From a virus: a stretch of DNA of 64,000 bases. The notes beneath the pieces are model-generated. The model searched no databases. It was not told the DNA's origin and was given only the letters and a program-made list of their open reading frames with translations. Positions 55,019 through 64,000 of this stretch are shown here, in pieces. Each line of letters starts with the position of its first letter. Position 1 is the first letter of the stretch. The position numbers and the translations under genes were made by a program. Location: IMG/VR virus record IMGVR_UViG_3300031251_000002, positions 64,001-128,000 of that record. The stretch is one strand, 5' to 3'.

Positions 55019-58000
55019 ATGGCAATTCCTGCAAGTCCTGATCTAATCACCGTTCTGACCTCAGACGGTGATGTTGATCTATTTCTGCCGTCCGACATCT
55101 ATCGGTATGACTTCGATAACCGTCCGCTTCGTAACCTCATTCTGAATGACGAGAGTCTTCAGACCGGGGCGAACGAGGCGATTACAGAGACATTCAACTC
55201 CCGCTATCCGGGTGTTGACTGGCTGACAACGACAGGTGCGCGAGGCCCATACCTAAACCTTAAGGCTCGTCTTGACGACATGGATTCGTCCGTCAAGAAG
55301 AACATCTACAGCCTTAATCAAGAACTGGCTGCTCGCTACCGGAGTCAGTACGCCTCGGGCTTCTTCCTGAAGACAGGAGAGGTCTACGATGCCAACGTAT
55401 TTGACGTAGTGAGCGCGTCCAGCACCCACATCCCGTTCGGTGCGATCTGCGTCCCGGATGCGAACCCGAATGACGTTAGCTCCAACCTCACATCTTCGAT
55501 TCCTGCCAACTCGGTTTGGATCTCGACTCATGAGGGAACACGCTCGCCCTTTGTGGCTAAGCCGATTGAGGCGATGCTGGGCGGTTTCCATGTCCGTCTG
55601 TTCAACGAGTCCGCGCATGGCGCAGCCACATCTGGCTTCACCAACGGCGTGTCGATCCTGTTCGATGCAGCCCCAAGCAGCGGTCAGCGCTTCGATCTCG
55701 CCTTCCTAGAGTTCTGGTTCGCCCCGGTTGACGGCGGGCTGGCCAACACAGGTGGCACCGACTCCTTCTACGAGTACGGCGCTGTAGACTCCAACGCTTC
55801 ACGGTCTGTTGACCAGTCAGCCGCAGCGGTTCAGGGAACCGTGTGGTTCGATCCGACTACGATTGGCAACTACATTCAGTTGCGCCATCGGATCCGCGTC
55901 GTATCGAACATTGATTACGTCAACAAGCCATTCGGCATCAACGATGCGTCTGTCGTTGCACAGGGCGGTGCCGGTTCCCCGGTCGGTGGAAAGACATTCG
56001 TCAACGGCCTGTCGGTAATCAGCGATCCGGCGATCTGGGTTGCTGGAAGTGGCTCAGGCGGCGACAAGACAGCCCTCGGCACCTCGGATGGGTACGTGTA
56101 CGCGATCCCGATGATGATCGTTTCGCGTAAGAACACGGCTGCGTGGAGCCTCTCTAATCAGAACGGCGGTCAGGCATCCAACTTCGGTGCTGGCGGACGA
56201 CCGGATGGTTACACGCACCAGAAGTTCTCGCGTGGCGACATTCTTGACATCCGTCCTCGCGCTTTCATGGATCGTACGAGCCTGATTGACGCGACTGAGG
56301 AATCATTCGACAAGCTGCTTCGTGGACGCCTTTTGACGGCCATGAGCCAGATGTCCTACGAAGCCGGTTCGGATCTGTTCACCCAGTCACACCTAGGAAC
56401 GTTTACGGATCCAGTCGGGATGTACGGAACCGAGCTTCTGGAGATGAACCAGCTTGGTACGACGAACACCGCGCACACGCATCCGATTCGTGACTTTTTG
56501 GACAACGGTTCGCTCGCCGTCGCTAGGCCAACGGGTTTGCGTCGTGTCTTCAGCCCAAGTCGGGATACGCAGGTTCAACCGTTCCACATCAACTTGAATG
56601 GTGGAGCAACGACCAATGCAGATTTCGTGACATGGGCACCTCCGGTCATTACCTTGTTTGCAGCCGGTGTTTCGGCTCTCGGTCCTGCGAACGCAGTGAT
56701 CGAAAGCGTTCCCATCATGTCGTGGCGCACCACGCACCTGCCGGTTGTTACCATCGGTAATTGGTCAGGAATCGGCACCAATCAAGCAACCGCGACGGTT
56801 GATACGGGCGGGGTTGGTTATGACGCGACCGACACGATTGACGGGGCAGTGAACATCCGCTGGCCACAGTCAACCGGTCTGCGCCACTCGCCTACGCGGA
56901 TTGACTATCAAGACTGGACCGCTGGCGCGAACGGATCTGGCAGCATCACCCCGTCCATCCGGGCTACCGGGTTGAACGGCGGTACGGGTGGCGCTCAGGG
57001 TCCGACCGGCCTCTTTGTTTCAACAGACGGCCACATCTACGTCTGCGATACTAGCAATCACCGGATTCAAATCTATGCTCCGCCCGCACCGACTGATACG
57101 ACGTTCACCATCGTAGGTCAGTTCCCCGGCTCAATCGGCACGTTGCCGGGTCCGGGATCTGACAACGCGCATCTAAATTCCCCACAGGCTGTGGCGGTTG
57201 ATGGTTCTGGCAACATCTATGTTGCTGACACCAACAATCATCGGGTTGTGAAGCTGTCCAATGCGCTTCCGCTACCGGCCTACGTGAGCCAGTTCGGCAC
57301 TGGCAGCATTGGAACAGGAACGACACATCTCAACACCCCACAGGGCGTTGTGGCTGGCGTCTCCAACGTCTACATCTCTGACACGAACAACTATCGTGTA
57401 GTGAAGCTTGACGGTTCATTGACCTTCGTAGACCAGTTCGGCGTAACCGGTGTACCGGGTTCGGATGCGACCCACTGCTTGAGTCCGCAGCGCCTCACGA
57501 CTGGCATTGGTGGTTCGGGTGGTCGCCTCATCGTGGCTGACCAGACCCGCGTTCTAGTTTTGAACTCTGCCCCCTCACCGATGACGCTTGATCGGGTTCT
57601 TGTGGGTGGTCAGGGCTATGCAGACGGCACAGCCATCACCGCTTTGAACGCCATCAAGTCCATGGCTATCGTAGAAGACAGCAGCGGTAACAAGTACGTC
57701 AGCGGCGGTGGAACCTCAGCCATCTTCAAATTCAACTCGTCGTGGGTTCTTCAGGCCAAGTTTGGTGCGGGTACGAATGACCTGACAAGCTTGTGGTACG
57801 GCCCTGCGGATCCTAATTTCAACACGCATTGCGGGCTTACCGGGAACATCGTTGTTGATTCGGCAAACGGCTTTGTCTACGTAGCTGACAACACCTACGG
57901 CGTCTCCCCCGGCTATGCGCGAGTCCTAGTTCTTAATATTGCTGACTTGACGTATCACAATGAGCTTTTGCTTTCGACGCCGCGTCCGTGGATGGACGGC

Positions 58001-59917
58001 TCGTCAGTTCTCCCGAAGTCCCCGACCCCGAACTACGTGCAGCCGTCCTGCAACATCGCTATGGATCTGGTCAACACGGAGATTTACATCACTCTGGACA
58101 CGCTGGCATGCGTAGAAAAGTGGGACACCTCCCCGAGCGCGGGCAACCCGAATCTCTGGGCATACGAGACCAAGTTTGGCAATGGAACGCACATCACGGA
58201 ATGGCCGTACTATCAAGGCTGGCGCAGTCCTGCTGACGATGCTCACAGCTTCTCGTTCCCCAAGACGGTCGCTGTCTCTCCCGATGGTTCGACCCTGTAC
58301 GTGGGCGATCAGAATTTCCGAGCGCTTAACGACGGCCACCACGCAAGCCGTATCGTTAGCCTGACATGCAACACGGTCCCGATGACCATGAACGCATGGT
58401 TTGGCGACCTGAACGTAGCTGACACCTCTTGCGACCTCGGCTCAACCACTGACACGCCGTACTTCCAGTCCGTCAGCGGGCTGGTGGCGCAGGGAACCCG
58501 CGTTTACGCAACCGATGCGTACGCGAACCCGCCGCTTCTCGTTGTTCTTGATGTCGCTGGCTGGACGGGAGTGACCCGAGTTACCGCGCCGTTCAAGGAA
58601 GCGATTACAGACACGACATGGACCTCAGCCAGCATCCCGGCTAGCGGTGTAAGCAGCAACTACCTGACGGTCAACGGGGGCAACTACAACGCTGTTCTAG
58701 GCGACTCGACGGTGCTGTACATCAACCCCGGTTTCTCGACCCAGCGCTGGGCTATCGACAACAGTGTTGTAACCGGCGCAAGTGTCGATAACCCGTTACG
58801 CGCTTTCCTGACCCTCGGAACCGGGATCGCGGTGCAGAAGCCGATTCAAAGCACCCAGCCGTTTGTCGGTGTCAGCGGTGTCTGGTACGACGCTTCAGTT
58901 ACCCCAAACCGACTGGTGATCTCGGATCAAGTGACCAACGAAGTCTATGTCGTTTCGGTAGACATTGACACAAACTCGCTCCCAGCAGACTTCACGCTTC
59001 TGGGCGAGGCGGGCACCGCAGGTGTCTCAGGCTTCGGCTTCGGTGGCTGGGCACATCCAACGTCGGTCGCCATGAAGCAGTTGAGTGGAATCGACTACTT
59101 CTACTACACGGACTTCTACAACGGCTCGCTCCAGCGGTCATCGCCGTACTTTGCCTTCATCGAACGCGGAACCGGGCGGATCGAATGTCTTCTGCCGCCA
59201 CCGGCAGGAACGACACTCCGGGTCTACTCGCGGTTCACCCCCTATCAGGGTGTCTACGTGCGGCCTGACTTCCTTGGCAACTCCGCGCACAACTCGACGG
59301 CCTACGCCCAGTCCTTGTTTGCTTCGCGCCTAGTCGTGAAGCCGTACAAGATGCTGGCAACGACCCTTGGCCGGGTAGGTATCGACTCCGGAAACCTGAT
59401 CACTGAGACCGCCTACTCTTCGCCGCTATCCCATCTTCCGCTTCCTCTGGGAACGACGACGGAGTACGCATGGCAGGGGGATCGCCTTCAGTTCATCGGG
59501 GACATGATCTCTCCGTCCAGCCTAGTGGTCCTGCCGCTGGTTCAGCTTGGCTCACAGCCTCAGGAGTGGGACACCGACTCGGAGTCCTTCTACGAGCGCT
59601 CAACCCGCATCGGTCGGCTGGAGGATCCAATCCTTAACAACGGCCACGGTGGAGCGCCCAGCTACACGCTGGCATCCAACGAGTTCCCGGTTGTTCAGTC
59701 CTTCTCGCTGTCCAACGTGGTTCCACACATCAACTACACATGGGGCACGGTTGATTACTATGGTGAGCTTCTCTTGTTCGTTCGCGGTGACTTCAATCTA
59801 AGTAACAAGAACGTCGTTGGTCCTAGGATCAATCCGTTCGTTCAGACAAACACTGTTGTTGAGCTATACCGGATGAATGGAAACCCCTTCACTCGGATGG
59901 TTGAGACTAGAGGCTAA
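55019..59917 (+). CDS. Very large tail protein with NHL-repeat beta-propellers
   Basis: DNRPLRNLILND N-terminus; LNSPQAVAVDGSGNIYVADTNNHRVVK-type repeats; 1632 aa. Confidence 0.8.
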   Translation: MAIPASPDLITVLTSDGDVDLFLPSDIYRYDFDNRPLRNLILNDESLQTGANEAITETFNSRYPGVDWLTTTGARGPYLNLKARLDDMDSSVKKNIYSLNQELAARYRSQYASGFFLKTGEVYDANVFDVVSASSTHIPFGAICVPDANPNDVSSNLTSSIPANSVWISTHEGTRSPFVAKPIEAMLGGFHVRLFNESAHGAATSGFTNGVSILFDAAPSSGQRFDLAFLEFWFAPVDGGLANTGGTDSFYEYGAVDSNASRSVDQSAAAVQGTVWFDPTTIGNYIQLRHRIRVVSNIDYVNKPFGINDASVVAQGGAGSPVGGKTFVNGLSVISDPAIWVAGSGSGGDKTALGTSDGYVYAIPMMIVSRKNTAAWSLSNQNGGQASNFGAGGRPDGYTHQKFSRGDILDIRPRAFMDRTSLIDATEESFDKLLRGRLLTAMSQMSYEAGSDLFTQSHLGTFTDPVGMYGTELLEMNQLGTTNTAHTHPIRDFLDNGSLAVARPTGLRRVFSPSRDTQVQPFHINLNGGATTNADFVTWAPPVITLFAAGVSALGPANAVIESVPIMSWRTTHLPVVTIGNWSGIGTNQATATVDTGGVGYDATDTIDGAVNIRWPQSTGLRHSPTRIDYQDWTAGANGSGSITPSIRATGLNGGTGGAQGPTGLFVSTDGHIYVCDTSNHRIQIYAPPAPTDTTFTIVGQFPGSIGTLPGPGSDNAHLNSPQAVAVDGSGNIYVADTNNHRVVKLSNALPLPAYVSQFGTGSIGTGTTHLNTPQGVVAGVSNVYISDTNNYRVVKLDGSLTFVDQFGVTGVPGSDATHCLSPQRLTTGIGGSGGRLIVADQTRVLVLNSAPSPMTLDRVLVGGQGYADGTAITALNAIKSMAIVEDSSGNKYVSGGGTSAIFKFNSSWVLQAKFGAGTNDLTSLWYGPADPNFNTHCGLTGNIVVDSANGFVYVADNTYGVSPGYARVLVLNIADLTYHNELLLSTPRPWMDGSSVLPKSPTPNYVQPSCNIAMDLVNTEIYITLDTLACVEKWDTSPSAGNPNLWAYETKFGNGTHITEWPYYQGWRSPADDAHSFSFPKTVAVSPDGSTLYVGDQNFRALNDGHHASRIVSLTCNTVPMTMNAWFGDLNVADTSCDLGSTTDTPYFQSVSGLVAQGTRVYATDAYANPPLLVVLDVAGWTGVTRVTAPFKEAITDTTWTSASIPASGVSSNYLTVNGGNYNAVLGDSTVLYINPGFSTQRWAIDNSVVTGASVDNPLRAFLTLGTGIAVQKPIQSTQPFVGVSGVWYDASVTPNRLVISDQVTNEVYVVSVDIDTNSLPADFTLLGEAGTAGVSGFGFGGWAHPTSVAMKQLSGIDYFYYTDFYNGSLQRSSPYFAFIERGTGRIECLLPPPAGTTLRVYSRFTPYQGVYVRPDFLGNSAHNSTAYAQSLFASRLVVKPYKMLATTLGRVGIDSGNLITETAYSSPLSHLPLPLGTTTEYAWQGDRLQFIGDMISPSSLVVLPLVQLGSQPQEWDTDSESFYERSTRIGRLEDPILNNGHGGAPSYTLASNEFPVVQSFSLSNVVPHINYTWGTVDYYGELLLFVRGDFNLSNKNVVGPRINPFVQTNTVVELYRMNGNPFTRMVETRG

Positions 59918-59918
59918 T

Positions 59919-60512
59919 ATGCGTAAGTTCCTGCTTCTCCTGCTCCTACCGCTGTTCGGTTGCGCGTCTGCGGTGACGCACATCAAGGGTGACGATGCAA
60001 CGATTACCCGTTCAGTTCAAGCAGAGAAGGTGCTGTTCAACACAGCTAACACTCTATTTCTGATTGAGGCCCAGCAGCGGGTGTTGCTCTCGGCTCCGTT
60101 TCCGACTCTGCACACTTACGTGCAGGAAGAGCGGACAGAGGTGCCACGCCTCATCCTGACCATCAGAACCTACACCCAGATATACCGCGAGACGGTGATT
60201 CCGCCCAAGCCGGATATCCTGAAGGTAGTTGCGCGAGCCGAGGCGGTGAGCGCGGAACTTCAGGGCTGGTTGACGCAGGTGGCCATCGCGGACATCCCTC
60301 CGCCAACAACGCCGACGCATTCTGCTCTGACGACCGGCAACCCGTATGTTGATGCGGCAGTTCAGCTTCTCAACCTAATCAATACCGGGTTAACCATCTA
60401 TCAGGGCGCACAAGCTAAGGCTACGACGCAGGGTGTCCTTATTGATGCAGATGAAACGCTGCTTCACATTCATGAGGATCAGACGATGATCTCCGCGTGG
60501 TGGCAACCGTAG
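59919..60512 (+). CDS. Lipoprotein
   Basis: MRKFLLLLLLPLFGC signal peptide with lipobox from ATG 59919. Confidence 0.7.
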   Translation: MRKFLLLLLLPLFGCASAVTHIKGDDATITRSVQAEKVLFNTANTLFLIEAQQRVLLSAPFPTLHTYVQEERTEVPRLILTIRTYTQIYRETVIPPKPDILKVVARAEAVSAELQGWLTQVAIADIPPPTTPTHSALTTGNPYVDAAVQLLNLINTGLTIYQGAQAKATTQGVLIDADETLLHIHEDQTMISAWWQP

Positions 60513-60588
60513 GAGGTGTAGTGTAACCCAAAACACAATATTCAGCGTTTTCGTTTTCAAATCGCCCCTCAAACGGATACTTACCTGT

Positions 60589-60840
60589 ATGCGATTCCCC
60601 GTAGCTCTCACCGATGCCTTTACTGCCGTCTCTGCCGCTCAGTGGTTAATTGGTGGTGTTGCCATCGTTCTTCTGAGCGCGGAAAAGATCCTCCTCCCGG
60701 TCGGAGCGGTTCAGAACGCACTCGTTTCATCGACTATCTCGATCAGCAACTTGTTGCTGGTCATCTATCGTAAACCTTCGGACAAGGGCGGGACGGTAAC
60801 TACCGCTCGCCTGATGCGGAAGTCCGCGTCCACTAAGTAA
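60589..60840 (+). CDS. Small two-TM membrane protein, holin candidate
   Basis: Two hydrophobic segments and a basic C-terminal tail. Confidence 0.5.
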   Translation: MRFPVALTDAFTAVSAAQWLIGGVAIVLLSAEKILLPVGAVQNALVSSTISISNLLLVIYRKPSDKGGTVTTARLMRKSASTK

Positions 60841-60858
60841 TCTTCAAGGAGATTAACA

Positions 60859-61119
60859 ATGGCTCTAACACTCGGTCAGGTTCTCGCAGATGTTCTTCAG
60901 GATGCGCCTGAGGTTGTCGCTCTCGTTCAGGAGATCGAAGCCGCCATCCAGAAGTTCCCCACCGCTGGCAGCTTCAAGGCTGACGGCGAACTCATCGCTG
61001 CTGTCCTTCCGGATCTTGGTGCGCTAATTGACGCCCTCAAGGCGCAGTTCACACCCGCCGCTGCCCCGGCTCCCGCAACCGTGGCTGCTGGCAAGATCGC
61101 CGCTCGTCTAGCCAAGTAA
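60859..61119 (+). CDS. Small amphipathic hypothetical protein
   Basis: 86 aa; AAGGAG SD; followed by terminators. Confidence 0.6.
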   Translation: MALTLGQVLADVLQDAPEVVALVQEIEAAIQKFPTAGSFKADGELIAAVLPDLGALIDALKAQFTPAAAPAPATVAAGKIAARLAK

Positions 61120-61131
61120 GCTGACGAGGAC

Positions 61132-61203
61132 GGTGGTGTAGACCTTAACCCCTACATCACCTTTTGATTTTTGGGGGCCGTGCAAAGCGGCCCCTATTTT
61201 TTC
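61132..61203 (+). terminator. Two tandem intrinsic terminators ending the structural operon
   Basis: GGTGGTGTAG/CTACATCACC plus TTTT, then GGGGCCG/CGGCCCC plus TATTTTTT. Confidence 0.75.
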
Positions 61204-61265
61204 TTGACGCAGAAGAGTCGGAAGAGGAAGATCCTCTTCTAACTTCGTAACTGGGAGGGCACTGT

Positions 61266-61556
61266 ATGGAGACACCTGTGGAATCGGTTACCGCCCTTCC
61301 TCCCCACCACTGGAAACAGACCAGCAAAGCACTACAGTTTGTAACCGACCGGGCGAAGCCCTTGATGGTTCCCGTCCTGTGTGAGCTTTGGGATCGTATT
61401 CCAGCCGATACGATGCGTCAGGTCGTCGCGGCCATGGACAAGCCGGATCCTGAGAAGGCTATAGAGCATGCCTTCAGTCTTTCTGTTTTCCCAATTCCAG
61501 ATCACGTACAGCGCATTGTTTTCTCCCTCCTCTACTTCCGCTTGGTCATCAAGTAA
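61266..61556 (+). CDS. Hypothetical protein
   Basis: 96 aa; GGAGG SD. Confidence 0.55.
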   Translation: METPVESVTALPPHHWKQTSKALQFVTDRAKPLMVPVLCELWDRIPADTMRQVVAAMDKPDPEKAIEHAFSLSVFPIPDHVQRIVFSLLYFRLVIK

Positions 61557-61584
61557 CCAATGCTTCATTTAAAGGTAGGTCCAC

Positions 61585-61839
61585 ATGACCTCAGCAGATT
61601 TTCTTGGTTCGCTAGTGAATCGGGTTCGTGAGCAGGTTCCTTTCGATATCAGTGGGGCGATTGACGGTGGGGCAATCACAATCAGTAACTTTCCAGCCGT
61701 AGATGAGAGCGAGCAGTGGTTACTGCAATCAATTTTTGAGGACATCTACCGCTACTGCGAACGGTACAACATCCCGGTCACCGCGATTCGGTTGCGGGAC
61801 GGGAGTGGGCAACTGGTTTCTGAGGTAAAGATTGCTTGA
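61585..61839 (+). CDS. Hypothetical protein
   Basis: 84 aa; AGGT SD. Confidence 0.55.
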   Translation: MTSADFLGSLVNRVREQVPFDISGAIDGGAITISNFPAVDESEQWLLQSIFEDIYRYCERYNIPVTAIRLRDGSGQLVSEVKIA

Positions 61840-62140
61840 TGAGACTCCATACCTGCGTCCGTTCTTTCGAGCCGATTTCGCCAAGCGTGGGAAAAAGGCG
61901 AAGCGGAAACGGAATTCGCTGGCAGCAGCGCGGGCCGGGATCCAGCGCCTAGAGTATGAAAAGGCAATCCTTGAGTATCGAAGTACCCTTCTGGCCGACA
62001 TCGTTCTTCTCGGTGAAGCGCGTCTGCCCGGTATCGGTTGGCTCACACTCAAAGGAACCGTGCTAAAGTTTCGGATCAGTCGATCCTGTCGGGCGAAGCT
62101 GGCGAAAGCGGACTTCCCCATTTCTTTCCCTAAGAGGTAA
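61832..62140 (+). CDS. Basic protein, possibly a divergent HU/IHF-like DNA-binding protein
   Basis: GEARLPGIGWL..LKFRISRSCRAKL resembles the HU core without the beta arm. Confidence 0.4.
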   Translation: MLDETPYLRPFFRADFAKRGKKAKRKRNSLAAARAGIQRLEYEKAILEYRSTLLADIVLLGEARLPGIGWLTLKGTVLKFRISRSCRAKLAKADFPISFPKR

Positions 62141-62141
62141 C

Positions 62142-62660
62142 ATGAGTAACATCATCATGCCGGGAGACGCCGCGTCGGCCTTCAATCCGCGCAGCAACGT
62201 AATGCAACTGGAGTTTCGGACCATGGTCTCCGAGATGGAGAAGGCCATGAACGAGTTTGGCGAGACTCTCCACATGCTCAGCATGCGCCATGAGGCATTG
62301 ATCAAGATGGCGACCTTCTGCCCGGAGAAGCTGGTGTCGGACGGCAAATTCAACCTTGCCGAATACTACCGATACGTGAACAAGATGCTGACGCAGTTCG
62401 TACCGATTAGCGAGGACATCATCACCAGCCCGTCCTTCATGGAACGGTGTCAGTTGGCCAAGCGTTGGAACGGGGGCAGTCCGGAGATGCCGATAGTGGT
62501 GGACGAATTGCGTCTCCATGAGTTGGTTCTCAGCCCGTCCGGACACTGGCCGACAGAAGAGGAGACAGCAGCGATGAATGAACTGCCCCGCACCGGGTTG
62601 TTCAAAGAACATTGGGATTCAGTTTTAGCAGCGAAAGCGAAAATGAACACGGCAGAGTAG
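62142..62660 (+). CDS. Hypothetical protein
   Basis: 172 aa; GAGGT SD. Confidence 0.6.
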   Translation: MSNIIMPGDAASAFNPRSNVMQLEFRTMVSEMEKAMNEFGETLHMLSMRHEALIKMATFCPEKLVSDGKFNLAEYYRYVNKMLTQFVPISEDIITSPSFMERCQLAKRWNGGSPEMPIVVDELRLHELVLSPSGHWPTEEETAAMNELPRTGLFKEHWDSVLAAKAKMNTAE

Positions 62661-62669
62661 TAACTGCCA

Positions 62670-64000
62670 ATGAAAGTAACAATCGAATGGGGACCAGTAC
62701 GGTCTGGATTTAATCCGCTGCTGCCCCCGGCTCTTGCCGCTCTAGTAGACAGTAACATTTCAGTCTTCGTTCCCGGTTACAAATTCTCCAAACAATACAA
62801 GGCGCGAGTTTGGAACGCGACGAAGACAGAGAAGGTTCGGTTGTGGGATGGCAAGAAGCATTTTCTTTGGCCCAAGAGACAGAGGTTTCCTACGGGTCTT
62901 CTTCACATGGTTAAAGAAGCTCTGGAAGCGGCTGGTAACGAAGTCAACATCAGTGGCGAGGCTCCGATGCCTGACCACATCCTCCCTGTTACATCATTGC
63001 CGGACGGATCGAAGCTTCGTGACTACCAGATTGCGGCTTGTTCCGCCTTCCTTGACAGTCCGCGAGGGATCCTCCGCCTCCCTACGGCGTCTGGGAAAAC
63101 TCTTGTAGCGGCAGCGATCACGCGCAGCATGAACTGTCAGACGTTGGGCCTGATTCACGGTAACTCGCTCCTCGACCAGACCCACGCGGACTTTGAACGT
63201 CACCTGCGCCAGAAGATCGGGCTGATTGGCAACAAGGTCTTCGATCCGCAGATGATTACGCTGGCTTCAGTGGACACTGTGTACTCTGCATTAAAACGCA
63301 ACACCCCCGCTGTCTTGGAGGTTTTGGGGACGACGGATTTCGTCTGGTGTGACGAGACCCACCGTGCCTCGGCTATGTCATGGGTCGAGGTTCTCAAGGC
63401 CATCGAGACTCCGTATCGCCTTGGCCTGTCTGGGACGCCGTTCAAGAAGCAGGAACTGCGCGACATGGAGCTTCAGGCGTGGACAGGCCCGCTGCTCTAC
63501 AACATTGATCCAAAGCAGTTGCAGGACACGGGCTTTCTGGCCCCCGCTCGTCTGACGGCGGTTGAGATCAACTCGCCCAAGAGTAGCGAGAAGGACTACC
63601 AGACGGTTGTTAAGGAACTGATCATCGAACACGAAGAGAGGAACACTGTTCTGGCAGACCTTGCCATCGCTCGGGCCAAGGCTGGAAAGTCCGTGTTCCT
63701 TCTGGCTGGGAACAGCATCGCTCTGTCGCTCTGGCTCTTTCGATACATCGAGGAGCTTTTCCCCGGTGTTGAACTGGTCACCGGACAGACGGGCGTGTAC
63801 GCCAACCGGGATGCCTTGAAGCGCTTCAGCGAGGGGGCATCGCGGATCATCGTGAGTTCCGTGGTCATGGATGAGGGCATCAACGCGCCCAATACGAACG
63901 TGGTCATCTTGGCCTATACCGGCAAGTCATACGTCAAGACGATCCAGCGTATCGGGCGCGGCCTTCGGTTGAAGTCAGACGGTTCAGGGCTTGAGGTAAT
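62670..64000 (+). CDS. SF2 DNA helicase (T4 UvsW-like), 3'-truncated by the window edge
   Basis: Hand translation from ATG 62670: WDGK, LRDYQ, LPTASGKT, CDETHR, LSGTP, DEGINAP, QRIGRGLR; not in the ORF track because it has no stop in the window. Confidence 0.9.
   Translation, partial: MKVTIEWGPVRSGFNPLLPPALAALVDSNISVFVPGYKFSKQYKARVWNATKTEKVRLWDGKKHFLWPKRQRFPTGLLHMVKEALEAAGNEVNISGEAPMPDHILPVTSLPDGSKLRDYQIAACSAFLDSPRGILRLPTASGKTLVAAAITRSMNCQTLGLIHGNSLLDQTHADFERHLRQKIGLIGNKVFDPQMITLASVDTVYSALKRNTPAVLEVLGTTDFVWCDETHRASAMSWVEVLKAIETPYRLGLSGTPFKKQELRDMELQAWTGPLLYNIDPKQLQDTGFLAPARLTAVEINSPKSSEKDYQTVVKELIIEHEERNTVLADLAIARAKAGKSVFLLAGNSIALSLWLFRYIEELFPGVELVTGQTGVYANRDALKRFSEGASRIIVSSVVMDEGINAPNTNVVILAYTGKSYVKTIQRIGRGLRLKSDGSGLEV

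Noticed and set aside
1-64000. Stop-codon reassignment, tRNA genes or inteins
   Set aside because: Core genes are intact under the standard code and end in TAA, TAG and TGA; I saw no tRNA cloverleaf in the intergenic gaps and no intein motifs in the conserved proteins

Overview
This window is a nearly all plus-strand, gene-dense virion morphogenesis region of a large T4-like (gp23-type capsid) contractile-tailed phage using the standard genetic code. Gene order: small head-associated and accessory genes (HNH, P-loop kinase, M15-like peptidase, STAS plus RsbW-like pair, secreted Thr/Pro-rich protein); prohead protease/scaffold; major capsid; gp13-like neck; a ~15 kb fibre cassette with a glycosyltransferase and a methyltransferase; gp14- and gp15-like genes; tail sheath; tail tube; tail chaperone with a probable frameshift; tape measure with SLT domain; baseplate (hub, gp5-like spike, PAAR, gp25, gp6/J, gp7/I); fibres; membrane/lysis-type genes; tandem terminators; and the start of a replication region (HU-like gene, UvsW-like helicase cut by the window edge). 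The strongest candidate for an undescribed system is the cassette between the two neck genes. It holds two 20-aa-period ruler-like proteins (13 and 18 repeats), paralogous cap proteins, a candidate bead subunit, three N-x-S/T-rich fibre proteins linked by paralogous adaptors, and its own sugar/methyl transferases. Other highlights are a ~175-nt structured RNA candidate before the sheath gene, a phage-encoded partner-switching pair, three HNH genes that each appear inserted at a downstream start codon, and nested starts in the protease gene. All product calls come from motif recognition by eye; no database searches were run.
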